Source: Candidatus Poribacteria bacterium (GTDB lineage Bacteria; Poribacteria; WGA-4E; WGA-3G). From it: a DNA stretch of 64,000 nt. Shown in pieces: positions 9,793 through 19,924 of this stretch (positions are counted from its first letter, which is position 1; the number at the start of each line of letters is the position of its first letter). The position numbers and the translations under genes are program-made. Location: contig OZ244048.1 in the NCBI GenBank assembly GCA_965215265.1, forward strand, positions 3,040,001 through 3,104,000, read 5' to 3'. The notes beneath the pieces were generated by a model, which searched no databases, was not told where the DNA came from, and saw only the letters and a program-made list of their open reading frames with translations.

Positions 9793-12612
9793 ATGTCAGA
9801 ATTTTACGCGAGTAGCATTTCATCCATATTGAATCAATTTAACACCGATTTGAATCAAGGTTTGAGTATAGAAGCTTCACATAAAGCGAGAGCGCAGCAC
9901 GGGAAAAACGAGTTTGATTCCGATGCAAGCACGTTAGAGGTGGGTGAACTTCTAAAGCGGATGTTCAGTTGGCAAGTGATTGTACTCGCGCTTGCAGTTG
10001 CTGCGTTAATTGTGCCGTTCAGCGTTCAGAATAACGACGTTCCGGTACAATCGATAGGTGTCATTGGTGCGATTCTCCTTCTGCATATAGTTTGGACGTG
10101 CATTACTGAATTCCGAATTCACCGTTGTACAAAGCAGATTCAGGAGCATTTAACCTTCAATATCCAGGTTATTCGGCAAGGTAAACGTGAACAATGCACG
10201 CCTCAGGATATCGTCCCAGGCGACTTGATCTCCTTTAGCACTGGTGACTACATCCCTGCTGATGCCAGAATCGTTTCAGCATCAGAACTCATGATTGATG
10301 AATCGGCTTTATTCGGTACTGACGGGGTGATGCAAAAAACGTCTGACGATATTGAGTCCAATCCTCGAGTAGATACTGAGAAAGCAAGCAGAGATAAAGA
10401 AAAGACTGCGGCGAGACTTCCGCCGGAAAAGCAGACAAACATGGTATTTGGGGGAACGTATGTAGAAGCAGGCAAGGGGGAGGCAATCGTTGTACGGACA
10501 GGGAAACGGACGGAATTTTGGAAAAATCGTAGGAACGTTACTACGTTTACAGCAGTAAGAACTTTCGCTGAAAGTGAAATAAATTCTTTACACGATGTTC
10601 TGAAAGTAACAGGAATAGTTATGGCAGCATTGGCTGTTGCGATTGCATGGTGGTTTGGGTATCAGAGCTCTACTGGGCAACTTCCATCAACGGACTGGCA
10701 AATGCTGCTAAACCTCGGTGTGCTCTTCATTCTTGCCTCAGCACCACAAGATGCAGTAACTCTACTTCGGTTGACGTTCGCCCAACATGCAAAAAAACTC
10801 TTGAAAAAAGGAGTTGCGCTTCGGAATCCACGGCATATTGAAAAATTAAGCCGCATTACGACTTTTTGTGCGAATGAGAATGGCCTCTCTACGACAGGTT
10901 CTCTCTCACTATCTTCTATGTTCGTGGATGAACAGATTGTTGAAAGCAGCAAGTGGAAGGCATGGTTGCGCTCGCTCCAAAATCTATCTGATGAGCAAAA
11001 GAAGAAAGCCGTAAATGAAATGCCCCCCGATTCCGCAATTCCACCAGGTTCAGCAGGATTAGTGTTAGCAGCTGCACTTGCTACATCAGTTCTGCCAGAT
11101 GAAAACAGCAACGGGGCTGATTCCAGCGTGCAGCAGGCAATTAAAAAAGATATACGTAACCTTGGCTACCGACTTCAGGAATTACAAACTGATTTCCCGC
11201 TTATCAATGAATATCCTTGCACACCTAGCTTCGGGTATCAGATGGCGGTTTTTGAAACGGGCACACAGAGTTACCATAATATAATTTTTGGAGACGCGGA
11301 GAAGGTTCTTGACACATGTGCCTTTGCACTCATAGAAGGCGAAATAACTGACCTGCAAGAGGATCAGTATTATCAGTACCGTGATGTTATCAAATACCTT
11401 CGCAGCACAAAAATCCAGGTTTATGGTGTTGCCTCTCAAATTTCAGAGGTTACGTTGACACCTCCGGAGGTAGATGCTTCAACCTTTTTAGGCTTTATCG
11501 CGTTTTCTAGGACCAAGGACGAGGAAACAAAAACTGTTGTGAAGTCAAGTCTCGAAACGGGACTCAAAATTATCCTGATTACAGACAGTAATGAACAACG
11601 TACAGTCGATGTTGCCAAAGAACTCGGACTTATTCATACCCGGAAAGCTGTTGCCTCCGGAGAAGCGCTTGAACCGCTAACGCGTGAACAACTTGACGAG
11701 AGGACCTCTCAGTGTTTAGCCTATTCAAATCCAAGCCGGGAACAGCGGCGAGATATCGTTGTCAGTTTGAAAAGCCACGGCCATTTTGTCGGTTTTTTAG
11801 GGCAGGACGGCACAGATCTGCGCGCAATGTCAGCAGCCGATATTGCTTTTGCGAACGGTAACGACGCATCACACTTGGTGCAAATACATAGCGACGGACT
11901 GATATACAAAAGAGGGTTCCGGGCACTCAGAGATAGTCTGCTTCATGCGAGGGAAGCTTATCGGAACCTCGCTAGCTCAGTAAGGTGGGGTGTTTCCTGT
12001 ACGCTCTCGCTGTTGCTCACTCTGGTTTTTGGTACAATTCTCAGTTATACCTATAAACTGCCTATGCCGTTGACGTTAGTCCAAGTTGCATGGGTACAAT
12101 TTCTCGTCAGCGTACTTCTAGCATTGGGTGCGGGGTGCGAACACATATTTTTGAATGAAAGACAGCACCGGCCGGTGATGTTTTCGCGATCGAGATTTTT
12201 CTCAAAAACAGCGGGGTTAGACATCATTTGCCGGGCTCTGACTATCAGTTTGATAGCACTTATTCCGTTTTTCCTCATGCTATGGCGCTCAGACTTGACG
12301 GATTCAGATATTGCTGTTGCCCGGACATCGGTTTGCACGACGCTTATTTTCACGCAATTGGCATCCTGCTGGCAAGCATTGCGGTATCCTTGGGAATCGC
12401 TTTTTCAAAGGATCTTTGCCAATACAAGGCTGTTTATTGTCTTCTTTGTTGTTATTGGTCTCCATCTCACAGCACTTTATGTTGAACCGATAACTCAATT
12501 TTTGGAGTTGGCACCGCTCGGATGGGAATGGCAATGGACTCTTCTTTTTAGTCTCGGCTTATTCTTGCTGCCTTTAAATTTGGCGATTAATTCGCGGCCT
12601 GAATTTGACTAA
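9793..12612 (+). CDS. P-type (P2-like) cation-transport ATPase homolog with degenerate catalytic motifs
   Basis: VPGDLI..GDYIPADARI, NMVFGGT and P2-like TM topology are present, but DKTGT is NENGL and TGES is FGTD. Confidence 0.8.
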   Translation: MSEFYASSISSILNQFNTDLNQGLSIEASHKARAQHGKNEFDSDASTLEVGELLKRMFSWQVIVLALAVAALIVPFSVQNNDVPVQSIGVIGAILLLHIVWTCITEFRIHRCTKQIQEHLTFNIQVIRQGKREQCTPQDIVPGDLISFSTGDYIPADARIVSASELMIDESALFGTDGVMQKTSDDIESNPRVDTEKASRDKEKTAARLPPEKQTNMVFGGTYVEAGKGEAIVVRTGKRTEFWKNRRNVTTFTAVRTFAESEINSLHDVLKVTGIVMAALAVAIAWWFGYQSSTGQLPSTDWQMLLNLGVLFILASAPQDAVTLLRLTFAQHAKKLLKKGVALRNPRHIEKLSRITTFCANENGLSTTGSLSLSSMFVDEQIVESSKWKAWLRSLQNLSDEQKKKAVNEMPPDSAIPPGSAGLVLAAALATSVLPDENSNGADSSVQQAIKKDIRNLGYRLQELQTDFPLINEYPCTPSFGYQMAVFETGTQSYHNIIFGDAEKVLDTCAFALIEGEITDLQEDQYYQYRDVIKYLRSTKIQVYGVASQISEVTLTPPEVDASTFLGFIAFSRTKDEETKTVVKSSLETGLKIILITDSNEQRTVDVAKELGLIHTRKAVASGEALEPLTREQLDERTSQCLAYSNPSREQRRDIVVSLKSHGHFVGFLGQDGTDLRAMSAADIAFANGNDASHLVQIHSDGLIYKRGFRALRDSLLHAREAYRNLASSVRWGVSCTLSLLLTLVFGTILSYTYKLPMPLTLVQVAWVQFLVSVLLALGAGCEHIFLNERQHRPVMFSRSRFFSKTAGLDIICRALTISLIALIPFFLMLWRSDLTDSDIAVARTSVCTTLIFTQLASCWQALRYPWESLFQRIFANTRLFIVFFVVIGLHLTALYVEPITQFLELAPLGWEWQWTLLFSLGLFLLPLNLAINSRPEFD

Positions 12613-14570
12613 ACCCAAAAACCGTAAGTGGGTATCCCTGCTATTATTCCGATAATTGTCCAAACGCTGCCTACTGTAAATTCACCCAAGATCAGTCCTA
12701 AAAAGAATGGTGCTATTTTTCTATGGCGGACGACACCTCCATATTGAAGAATTAGCCATTTGATGAGCCAACTCATGAAAAGGCAGCTCCACGTTACATT
12801 CATCCCCCAACTGGTGGAAATTGCAAACCCGGCTGGATGAAATGGCCACCACACAAACCGCATCCGAAAAAACATTAACACGGTCGTCAATAGAAAACCG
12901 AGCCCCATAAACCCGCTTTCAGCAATAAGTGTCTCTTCCGGAGCCTGCAGCCATCCCGTAAGTCTGCGATAAGGTTCTATTCCGAAAGCACTGAGAGATG
13001 GCCAATAGGCGCGCACCTCCATCCCCAACCGATAACCCCGGTCTATTAATGCCCAAAATCCGGCGAGTGAACCTAAGATTGTGGCAAGCGTCAAGGCGAA
13101 AATAATCCGGTGCATGGTCATATTGGTCCGTTCCATTATCTTAAACCCCTCCAACTGATGTGGCATCGGATGACTTCGGTATGCGCGATTGATGAACCAA
13201 AACATTGAGAACATGACCAGGTTGCCTCTACCCAAACGCCGGGTGCCAACCGTCCGGGTCAGAATTTCGTCCGGGCCGGAATAGTGCAAATCATGAACCG
13301 GGGTGCCTAACTCCGCACGCATTCGCGTCACGGCAATAGAAATCATATAGTAGATAACAAAAAAAACGAACATCACCCACAACTCGGCACCACCATAATA
13401 ACAGAACAGCACGAGCAGCACCATGACTACGATGAGACTAAGCATCGCAGCGCGATAGGACATCGGTTCTTCTCTTACGGCAGTAGTCCGCGATTCGGTA
13501 TCCAAACCGAAGACGGTTTTTGCAACGTGCAAAAGATGCCGGCGGCTTGCCCATATTGCCAAGACACACAAAGCGAGATAGCCGCCCGAGGCTTGTTCGT
13601 TCATATACGGGAAGCGAGGGAGACTCCGCATCCCAATTGCAGCACCCACAACACGCATCAAACGCCAGTACCAGAAAAAGAACCAACACGAAAAGGATAA
13701 GTCTAGTGGAATAAAGAAACCGAGCCCTATTGCAAATGGATAGAGTGAAAATGGAATTCTACCCATCGCATTCCAGGGGGTGTCTGTAAAAATCTGGAAA
13801 CTTCGGATCCGCGTTCGAAATTCAGGTAAGATCGGATATAGGAAATTCAATCCGTTCCACAAGACGAGCCCGCCGGCGATTCCGAAGCCTATCCACATCA
13901 ACCGGTTCCGGAAAAAATGATTCTGCTCTGTTTCTGTTAACTGAAGGGGCAGTTGAATGATAGGATAACTCAGTTTTTCATGTTCAATCCACTGCTTCCG
14001 GACAATTATATTGATGCAAAGCATACCGAAAATCAACACAGTAATGAAGGCTGTCCACCATAGTACTGCTGGTGCCCATCCTAGCAGAGTCTCTGTCGTA
14101 TAAAGCGGTAAGTCACCTTCATAATAACCTTGTAACAGGCGGCTATCGCTAACCGTTAGCCACTTAGGGAGAAACGGAACAAACAGTTGTTGCCATTCAT
14201 TTTCAGGCGTTGCAAACCGGAATGCATGCCCTAACATCGGGACCAAAATTTCAAGCATGTCATGCCCGGTAATCCCGGAGGCAATAGAGAGCATGAGGTA
14301 AACGATAACCAATTCGCTTTGTGCCAAAGCCAGCCCTGGCATGAAACGCCGCAGTAATTGATTTGCACCGATAACCAGAAATAAACTAAAAATGACATTG
14401 AAAAAGAGGGAAATCGTCACCGGATGCCCTGAGTACCGGATAACCTCCATTTCAATTACCCAATAGCAATTAAGGGGAATCAAGAGAACAGCAATCAGGA
14501 TGGATTTGAGTGTAACCCCGTGTGTCGGGATTCGCGAAGATGTTAACGATGACGGATTGCGAGACTTCAT
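12609..14570 (-). CDS. Multi-pass membrane protein, DUF6785/DUF6784-like putative transporter
   Basis: Many TM helices; RKQW...EKLSYPI, RMRAELG, WWPFHPAG and PFFLGLILGE motifs. Confidence 0.7.
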   Translation of the reverse strand: MKSRNPSSLTSSRIPTHGVTLKSILIAVLLIPLNCYWVIEMEVIRYSGHPVTISLFFNVIFSLFLVIGANQLLRRFMPGLALAQSELVIVYLMLSIASGITGHDMLEILVPMLGHAFRFATPENEWQQLFVPFLPKWLTVSDSRLLQGYYEGDLPLYTTETLLGWAPAVLWWTAFITVLIFGMLCINIIVRKQWIEHEKLSYPIIQLPLQLTETEQNHFFRNRLMWIGFGIAGGLVLWNGLNFLYPILPEFRTRIRSFQIFTDTPWNAMGRIPFSLYPFAIGLGFFIPLDLSFSCWFFFWYWRLMRVVGAAIGMRSLPRFPYMNEQASGGYLALCVLAIWASRRHLLHVAKTVFGLDTESRTTAVREEPMSYRAAMLSLIVVMVLLVLFCYYGGAELWVMFVFFVIYYMISIAVTRMRAELGTPVHDLHYSGPDEILTRTVGTRRLGRGNLVMFSMFWFINRAYRSHPMPHQLEGFKIMERTNMTMHRIIFALTLATILGSLAGFWALIDRGYRLGMEVRAYWPSLSAFGIEPYRRLTGWLQAPEETLIAESGFMGLGFLLTTVLMFFRMRFVWWPFHPAGFAISTSWGMNVTWSCLFMSWLIKWLILQYGGVVRHRKIAPFFLGLILGEFTVGSVWTIIGIIAGIPTYGFWV

Positions 14571-14691
14571 ATTTTTTGTCTGGCTCAGTCTATAAAAGCA
14601 GCCTGGTTTTTGTCAGATGTAAGGCTGTGCAAATCTCAATAGTTAGTCAGAACTTCCTTCTCGCTTTATACAGTTAAAGTAGTATTTCAAA

Positions 14692-14720
14692 AGTTTATCA
14701 TAATCCTCAAGTTTTGTCAA
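14692..14720 (-). promoter_or_regulatory. Sigma70-type promoter for the DUF6785-like gene
   Basis: TTGACA-17 bp-TAAACT on the minus strand. Confidence 0.55.
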
Positions 14721-15023
14721 TACCTGAGTCTGTGTTTTTCCTGCCCGGGTTCACCAACTGCATCCAAAATTGTGAAAAAGAAACAACACTTCCACCTCCA
14801 TATAAAAACAGCAGACATGGAGGGTTAGACATGACGTAGTAAAGTGGCATTCTCCTGCTTGTCGGATATATTGATGCTTTACCGTTTGGCAGGTTTAGTT
14901 AAATACTGTCCATCTCCTACAAAAAACATTTGTTTCATGCTATAATAAACGTTAGCAATGTGGAAGTGCGGTTCAATTTTGATTGTGCTGGCTTTATTTG
15001 CACACGTTGCTCAGGATATTTTC

Positions 15024-15827
15024 ATGACTCCATTGAAATTTCTTAAGAACCGAATTGAAAGACTCTTTTACAAAGTGTACCAAAAACGCCTTGAGGCAGA
15101 GGCGAATACGTGGAACATCCCGCACCATATCGGCGTGATCCTTGATGGGAACCGCCGTTACGCCAAAGCCAGCGGTTTTGATAATGTTGTTAAAGGGCAC
15201 CACGATGGCGCGGATAAACTGGAAGAAGTGCTTCATTGGTGCGATGAACTTGGGGTTAAAATCTTCTCCATTTGGATTTTCTCCTTGGATAACTTCAAAC
15301 GTGCTGACGAGGAAGTAGAGAGCATTCTTGGGCTTATTGAGCGAAGAATGCGGGAACTTGTTAACATTGAAGGACTCCATACAAACCAAATTAAAGTGAG
15401 AGCCATGGGGCAAATAGAGCTCCTACCGCCGAGTCTACAAGAAGCAATCAGGGATGCTGAGATAGCCACCCAACATTATGATAGGTTCATCCTAAATGTC
15501 GCAGTCGCTTATGGCGGACGTGAGGAAATTATTGAAGCGTTCCGGGGGCACCTCAAGGTGGAAACAGGAAAGGGGAAAGATATTAGCCAGATTGCAGAAG
15601 AACTGAGTGTTGATAAAATCGCGCCCTACCTTTACACCTCTAATCTCCCGGATCCTGAGTTAATCATCCGGACCAGTGGGGAGATAAGATTATCAGGCTT
15701 CCTTTTGTGGCAGAGTGTCTATTCAGAATTCTATTTTTGTGAGACGTATTGGCCCTCATTCCGGAAGATAGATTTCCTCAGAGCCCTGCGCGCCTACAGT
15801 CAACGCAAACGCCGGTTCGGAAAATAA
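15024..15827 (+). CDS. uppS: cis-isoprenyl diphosphate synthase (UppS family)
   Basis: HIGVILDGNRR, FS.DNFKR, AYGGREEI and RTSGE.RLSGFLLWQ; start at 15024 or 14958. Confidence 0.9.
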   Translation: MTPLKFLKNRIERLFYKVYQKRLEAEANTWNIPHHIGVILDGNRRYAKASGFDNVVKGHHDGADKLEEVLHWCDELGVKIFSIWIFSLDNFKRADEEVESILGLIERRMRELVNIEGLHTNQIKVRAMGQIELLPPSLQEAIRDAEIATQHYDRFILNVAVAYGGREEIIEAFRGHLKVETGKGKDISQIAEELSVDKIAPYLYTSNLPDPELIIRTSGEIRLSGFLLWQSVYSEFYFCETYWPSFRKIDFLRALRAYSQRKRRFGK

Positions 15828-16089
15828 TTGGTTTTTGCAAAGAGGCTTCTGCAATTCATGCAAAAACCAGGGTACTCCATATCTGTGTTAAATTCTCAGC
15901 AAGACTTATGGAAAGACACTCATTGAATTGAGATTAACGGTTTTTTCACATGCTTTTTGTAGTAGTGCTGATAGTTAGCATTGAAAAGTTCTTACATTCG
16001 TTCATCCGCGTCGCTGGGCAGGTAGGTTCTGTCTTATGGGTGGAACGGGTGTGTACCTTGATACTGTCCTTATAAAAGGAGCAAAGATA

Positions 16090-16857
16090 ATGCGATTTGG
16101 GATTTGTACCGGTTTAGAAAATGCGAATCGGCTTGCAGAAGTCGGTTATGACTACATTGAATTAGGTGTGCAGTCTGCACTCATACCCGAGGCAGACGAG
16201 GCAGAATTTCAGAAGATTCGGCAGCAAGTCGCCGAGGCCCCCTTAAAACCTGAAGCGTACGCTGGGTTTATTCCGGCTACACTGCGCGTGGTCGGAGATA
16301 CGGTCAATTTTGCACGCCTGTCTCGGTTTGTTGAAGTGGCGTGTTTCCGAGCCAAGGAACTTGGTGGTGAGGTGATTGTTTACGGAAGTGCAGGTTCACG
16401 AAACGTTGAAGCCGGTTATTCACACAAACGCGCATTAGCACAGATTGCCGATTTTCTGGATATGGCTGCCGATCACGCTGAGGCGAACGATATTACTATT
16501 GTCATTGAACCAATTTGCCACAAAGAGGGCAACATAATTCGCACCGTCGCAGATGGGCTGGCGATGGCGAAACGCGTCAACCGCAAGGGGATTAAGGCAC
16601 TTGCCGACCTTTACCATGTTTGGCAAGAAAATGAGCCGGTGCAAAACATTGTTGATGCCGCTGAGTGGTTAGCTCATGTGCATATCGCGGAGCCGGTTAA
16701 ACGTTCCTACCCTGGCAATGATGCCTTTGATTTTACCGATTTCTTTAGAGCACTCCAAAAAGCTGGCTATGATGGCCGTGTTTCTTGTGAATGCAAGTTT
16801 AACAATTTCGACACCGATATAGAGAGTGCGTTGCAAACAATGAAAAAGTACGTCTGA
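16090..16857 (+). CDS. Sugar phosphate isomerase/epimerase (AP endonuclease 2 TIM barrel)
   Basis: GYDYIEL, IEP, DLYH, HVHIAE and GYDGRVSCE metal motifs; AAAGGA RBS. Confidence 0.85.
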   Translation: MRFGICTGLENANRLAEVGYDYIELGVQSALIPEADEAEFQKIRQQVAEAPLKPEAYAGFIPATLRVVGDTVNFARLSRFVEVACFRAKELGGEVIVYGSAGSRNVEAGYSHKRALAQIADFLDMAADHAEANDITIVIEPICHKEGNIIRTVADGLAMAKRVNRKGIKALADLYHVWQENEPVQNIVDAAEWLAHVHIAEPVKRSYPGNDAFDFTDFFRALQKAGYDGRVSCECKFNNFDTDIESALQTMKKYV

Positions 16858-16916
16858 TACCCCATTTTTGTATGGTACGCCTATCTTTAAGAACGAACGA
16901 TTAGGCAATTCAGGAG

Positions 16917-17870
16917 GTGGGATTTATCGTTAAGCGTGAACAAGGTAGAGTTATCCGAGCGCGAACCGGATTTTACGACGTTTTGCGGAGAGGCGTTGTC
17001 CTGCGATGTACACTTCGCGGTACTCTTAAGCGGGAGCGCCGGACGGAAAGAGGGCGGAGGCTGTACGCCGACCCGGTTGCAGTAGGGGATGAGGTTATCT
17101 TCACGCAGCTTGATGCAGAGGAAGGTGTGGTCGAAGATATCCTGCCGCGTAGGACGAAATTCTCCCGGCGCTACGCTGGGAAACAGGGCGACATTGAACA
17201 AGTTATCGTGGCAAACGCGCATCAAATCGTTGCTGTAGTTTCAACGCTGATGCCGCCGCTTAATTTCCGAACACTGGACCGGTTCCTTATATTAAGCGAA
17301 GCCGGTGGCATGGATGCCACAATATGTCTGAATAAAACGGATTTAGTGGATGCAGATCAGCGTCAAAAACTCGTGGCAACCTTTACGTATTATGAAAAAC
17401 TCCAGTATAGCGTCATCTGGACAAGTGTGACCACGCCTGAGGGGCTAGAGACGTTTCAGCAGGCCCTGAGAGATAAATTCAGTGTGATTGTTGGCGCGTC
17501 TGGTGTCGGGAAATCTAGTCTACTAAATGCGATTCAACCAAGTTTAGAGCTTCGAACCGGTGAAGTCGGCATTAAAACCCAGAAGGGCCGGCACACGACG
17601 ACACTCGTTGAGTTATTCTCGTTAGACATCGGCGGTGAGGTTGCGGATACGCCCGGCATCCGAGAAGTTGGCTTGTGGGGCATTGACACAGAGAATCTCG
17701 AACACTATTTTCCGGAGATGGTGCCCTACCTCGGTACCTGTAAATATAGCGATTGCGCCCATGTCGCTGAGCCCGATTGTGCTATTCAGGGGGCGGTGGA
17801 AGCAGGGGAAATCCATCCGGAACGCTATCGGAGCTACGTTGTCCTCCGCACGGAGGAGAGTGTTGTCTGA
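16917..17870 (+). CDS. rsgA: Ribosome small subunit-dependent GTPase A
   Basis: NKTD, GASGVGKSS, GRHTTT, DTPG and CKYSDCAH..EPDC zinc site. Confidence 0.95.
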   Translation: MGFIVKREQGRVIRARTGFYDVLRRGVVLRCTLRGTLKRERRTERGRRLYADPVAVGDEVIFTQLDAEEGVVEDILPRRTKFSRRYAGKQGDIEQVIVANAHQIVAVVSTLMPPLNFRTLDRFLILSEAGGMDATICLNKTDLVDADQRQKLVATFTYYEKLQYSVIWTSVTTPEGLETFQQALRDKFSVIVGASGVGKSSLLNAIQPSLELRTGEVGIKTQKGRHTTTLVELFSLDIGGEVADTPGIREVGLWGIDTENLEHYFPEMVPYLGTCKYSDCAHVAEPDCAIQGAVEAGEIHPERYRSYVVLRTEESVV

Positions 17871-17885
17871 ATTGCGGTCCGGCTC

Positions 17886-18767
17886 TTATTCTGAACGATG
17901 TCCTGCATAACCACGTGGGTTTTCAAACGCGTCTACCCAGAGATGACACCATTTTGCATGTGTGCTTAGCACAGTCTCCGGGTATTTTCTACTTCGGACA
18001 ATGAAGTCTGGATGTGCGGTTCTTCCAGTGTGCTGACCGGTCGTCTGGTACCGTAGATCCAACGACCAGCGGCACCGGTCAGAACGATTGGGCATTGAAC
18101 GATGTGGCGTAAAGCGACTCAAGAGGATGACATCACCTAGAGAACATTCTAACATGAGCGGTTCAACATCGGGCATTAGTTCGGGGATAATCATCGTGCC
18201 TCCCTCTTTCTGGTGGCGGAGATATCCTATCTCCTCTGTAATGCCGGGCAACGCCTCAAGACAGCCCATCTCCACTGTGCTGTCACCCAAGGGTAGCCAA
18301 CAAGTTACAATATTTGAACCTTCAGCCTCTGGCATCATGACACCGGCATCTTGGTGCCAAGGCACGCCTCCTGCCCAGCTTGCGTTCCCATCTACAACAG
18401 GCGGTTTCGCCCGCAAATGCTGAATTGGATTGCAGGTAATTTCTGCACCAACGATACCTTCAACAACGTCTAAAAGATTGTCGTTTTTGAGGAATTCAAA
18501 GATTGCTTTGCCGCGGTAGTGCATAATATCTAATCCACTCCCTATCTCGGGACACTGTGCGAGCAGCTTCCCAAACCGCCGGTCAAACGGTTCATCCTCA
18601 TAAAGGTTGCTGAGCTTCCCTTCTTCCTGCAACGCTATTGCCTGCGCGGATATCCAGTCTGAAATTTCATCAATTACAGGCTCCAAGTCAGCATCAGTTA
18701 ATGCATTTTTGACTAACAGCACCCCTTTCGTCCGAAAAATGTCACACTGTTGTTGTGTAAGTTTCAT
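17886..18767 (-). CDS. Phytanoyl-CoA dioxygenase (PhyH) family Fe(II)/2OG oxygenase
   Basis: PWHQD, TCWLPL..GCL and PHRS.PNRSD..RWSLDLRY motifs. Confidence 0.85.
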   Translation of the reverse strand: MKLTQQQCDIFRTKGVLLVKNALTDADLEPVIDEISDWISAQAIALQEEGKLSNLYEDEPFDRRFGKLLAQCPEIGSGLDIMHYRGKAIFEFLKNDNLLDVVEGIVGAEITCNPIQHLRAKPPVVDGNASWAGGVPWHQDAGVMMPEAEGSNIVTCWLPLGDSTVEMGCLEALPGITEEIGYLRHQKEGGTMIIPELMPDVEPLMLECSLGDVILLSRFTPHRSMPNRSDRCRWSLDLRYQTTGQHTGRTAHPDFIVRSRKYPETVLSTHAKWCHLWVDAFENPRGYAGHRSE

Positions 18768-18916
18768 AAAGCGTCTATTCCTTTAAATAGTAAAAAAAAC
18801 GTCAGTTTGCACTAACATAAATGATAGAAATCCTCAGTTTCATAATAGGTTTGATTTATCACATTCCATCTGTCTGCAGAATGCGTGCGTAAAATAAGTT
18901 CGTTACCGCAGCTGAA

Positions 18917-19807
18917 CTAAGGCAGCTGCACAATAGCTATTCCTTGTTCCCCTGCGACGGAATAAAGCAGCCATTTCTGTCCGTTCTCACAATAGATTGC
19001 TGGATCCCGGAGTTCGTGAACCCGTTCTTTGTCAAGTCCGCCCGTTGATGGCAGAATTGGCAGATTGACACCTTCAAAATCGTATTTCGGCGCAAGTACC
19101 TCCATCGGTGGAGATGGCTGCCATTGATTCCAATCTTCTGTCAATTGTACAGTGCTTTTTCGGATACGTTCCGGGCTATCTCCATAAAGGGAGTAATAGA
19201 CAGTAAGCGTGTCGTCCTCAAGATGATTCGCTGTATGCCGCGGGAAACCGGTGTTGTCCTTATCCGATAGGCGCGGAAAGAGCGGTGTGTCACGTTGAAC
19301 GAATGATGTTGTCCATTCCGGTGTTTTTCCGCGGCTCAGCCAACCATGATGTGTTGCATAAGGGTACCCACGCCACCAAAAAACACGAAAATAGGCCCCG
19401 TGTTCCTTCTCTAAAGTCTTTGAAGCTGTATAATGCACACCATCAGTCGAGGTTGCCCAACTGCTCGCCTGTCCGCCGCCATACGTTCCATGGAAATACA
19501 TGAAGAAGCGTCTATTTTCCTCGTCTATGTGGACATCTGGCGAAGCGATGTGGTCCCGCCCGCTGAAGACAGTATTATCACGATGCAATGCACCGGCGCG
19601 ATATACAGTATAGGGACCCTCAATCGTATCGGCGTAAGCCAACCGGATGTAAGCGCCACGGTGGTGGGCAAAATAGAGATAATAGGTACCCAAAGGTTTT
19701 TTTACCCACTCCGGGACACGGATGAGCGAGGGGCCGTTGATATTGGAGAACCCATGTTCCTGCTCCAGTTCAGGCATGTCTGAATGAATAAGCAGTGTCC
19801 GTTTCAT
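18917..19807 (-). CDS. Five-bladed beta-propeller glycosidase-like protein
   Basis: NINGPSLI, YYLYFAHH, HIASPDV and ELRDPAI segments. Confidence 0.6.
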   Translation of the reverse strand: MKRTLLIHSDMPELEQEHGFSNINGPSLIRVPEWVKKPLGTYYLYFAHHRGAYIRLAYADTIEGPYTVYRAGALHRDNTVFSGRDHIASPDVHIDEENRRFFMYFHGTYGGGQASSWATSTDGVHYTASKTLEKEHGAYFRVFWWRGYPYATHHGWLSRGKTPEWTTSFVQRDTPLFPRLSDKDNTGFPRHTANHLEDDTLTVYYSLYGDSPERIRKSTVQLTEDWNQWQPSPPMEVLAPKYDFEGVNLPILPSTGGLDKERVHELRDPAIYCENGQKWLLYSVAGEQGIAIVQLP

Positions 19808-19924
19808 CTTTTACCTCTGTCAACTCAAAAAGGTTTGCTCTCAATTTCTTCTAAGGGAATAAGAATTTCTGCCTTTTTTCTAAAAATTATGATACCATAA
19901 TAGATAAAATTTGACAAGGAGCCC

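Noticed and set aside
14810-14925. Possible 6S-like rod in the DUF6785-uppS spacer
   Set aside because: Only short scattered complementarities and too short for a convincing 6S fold
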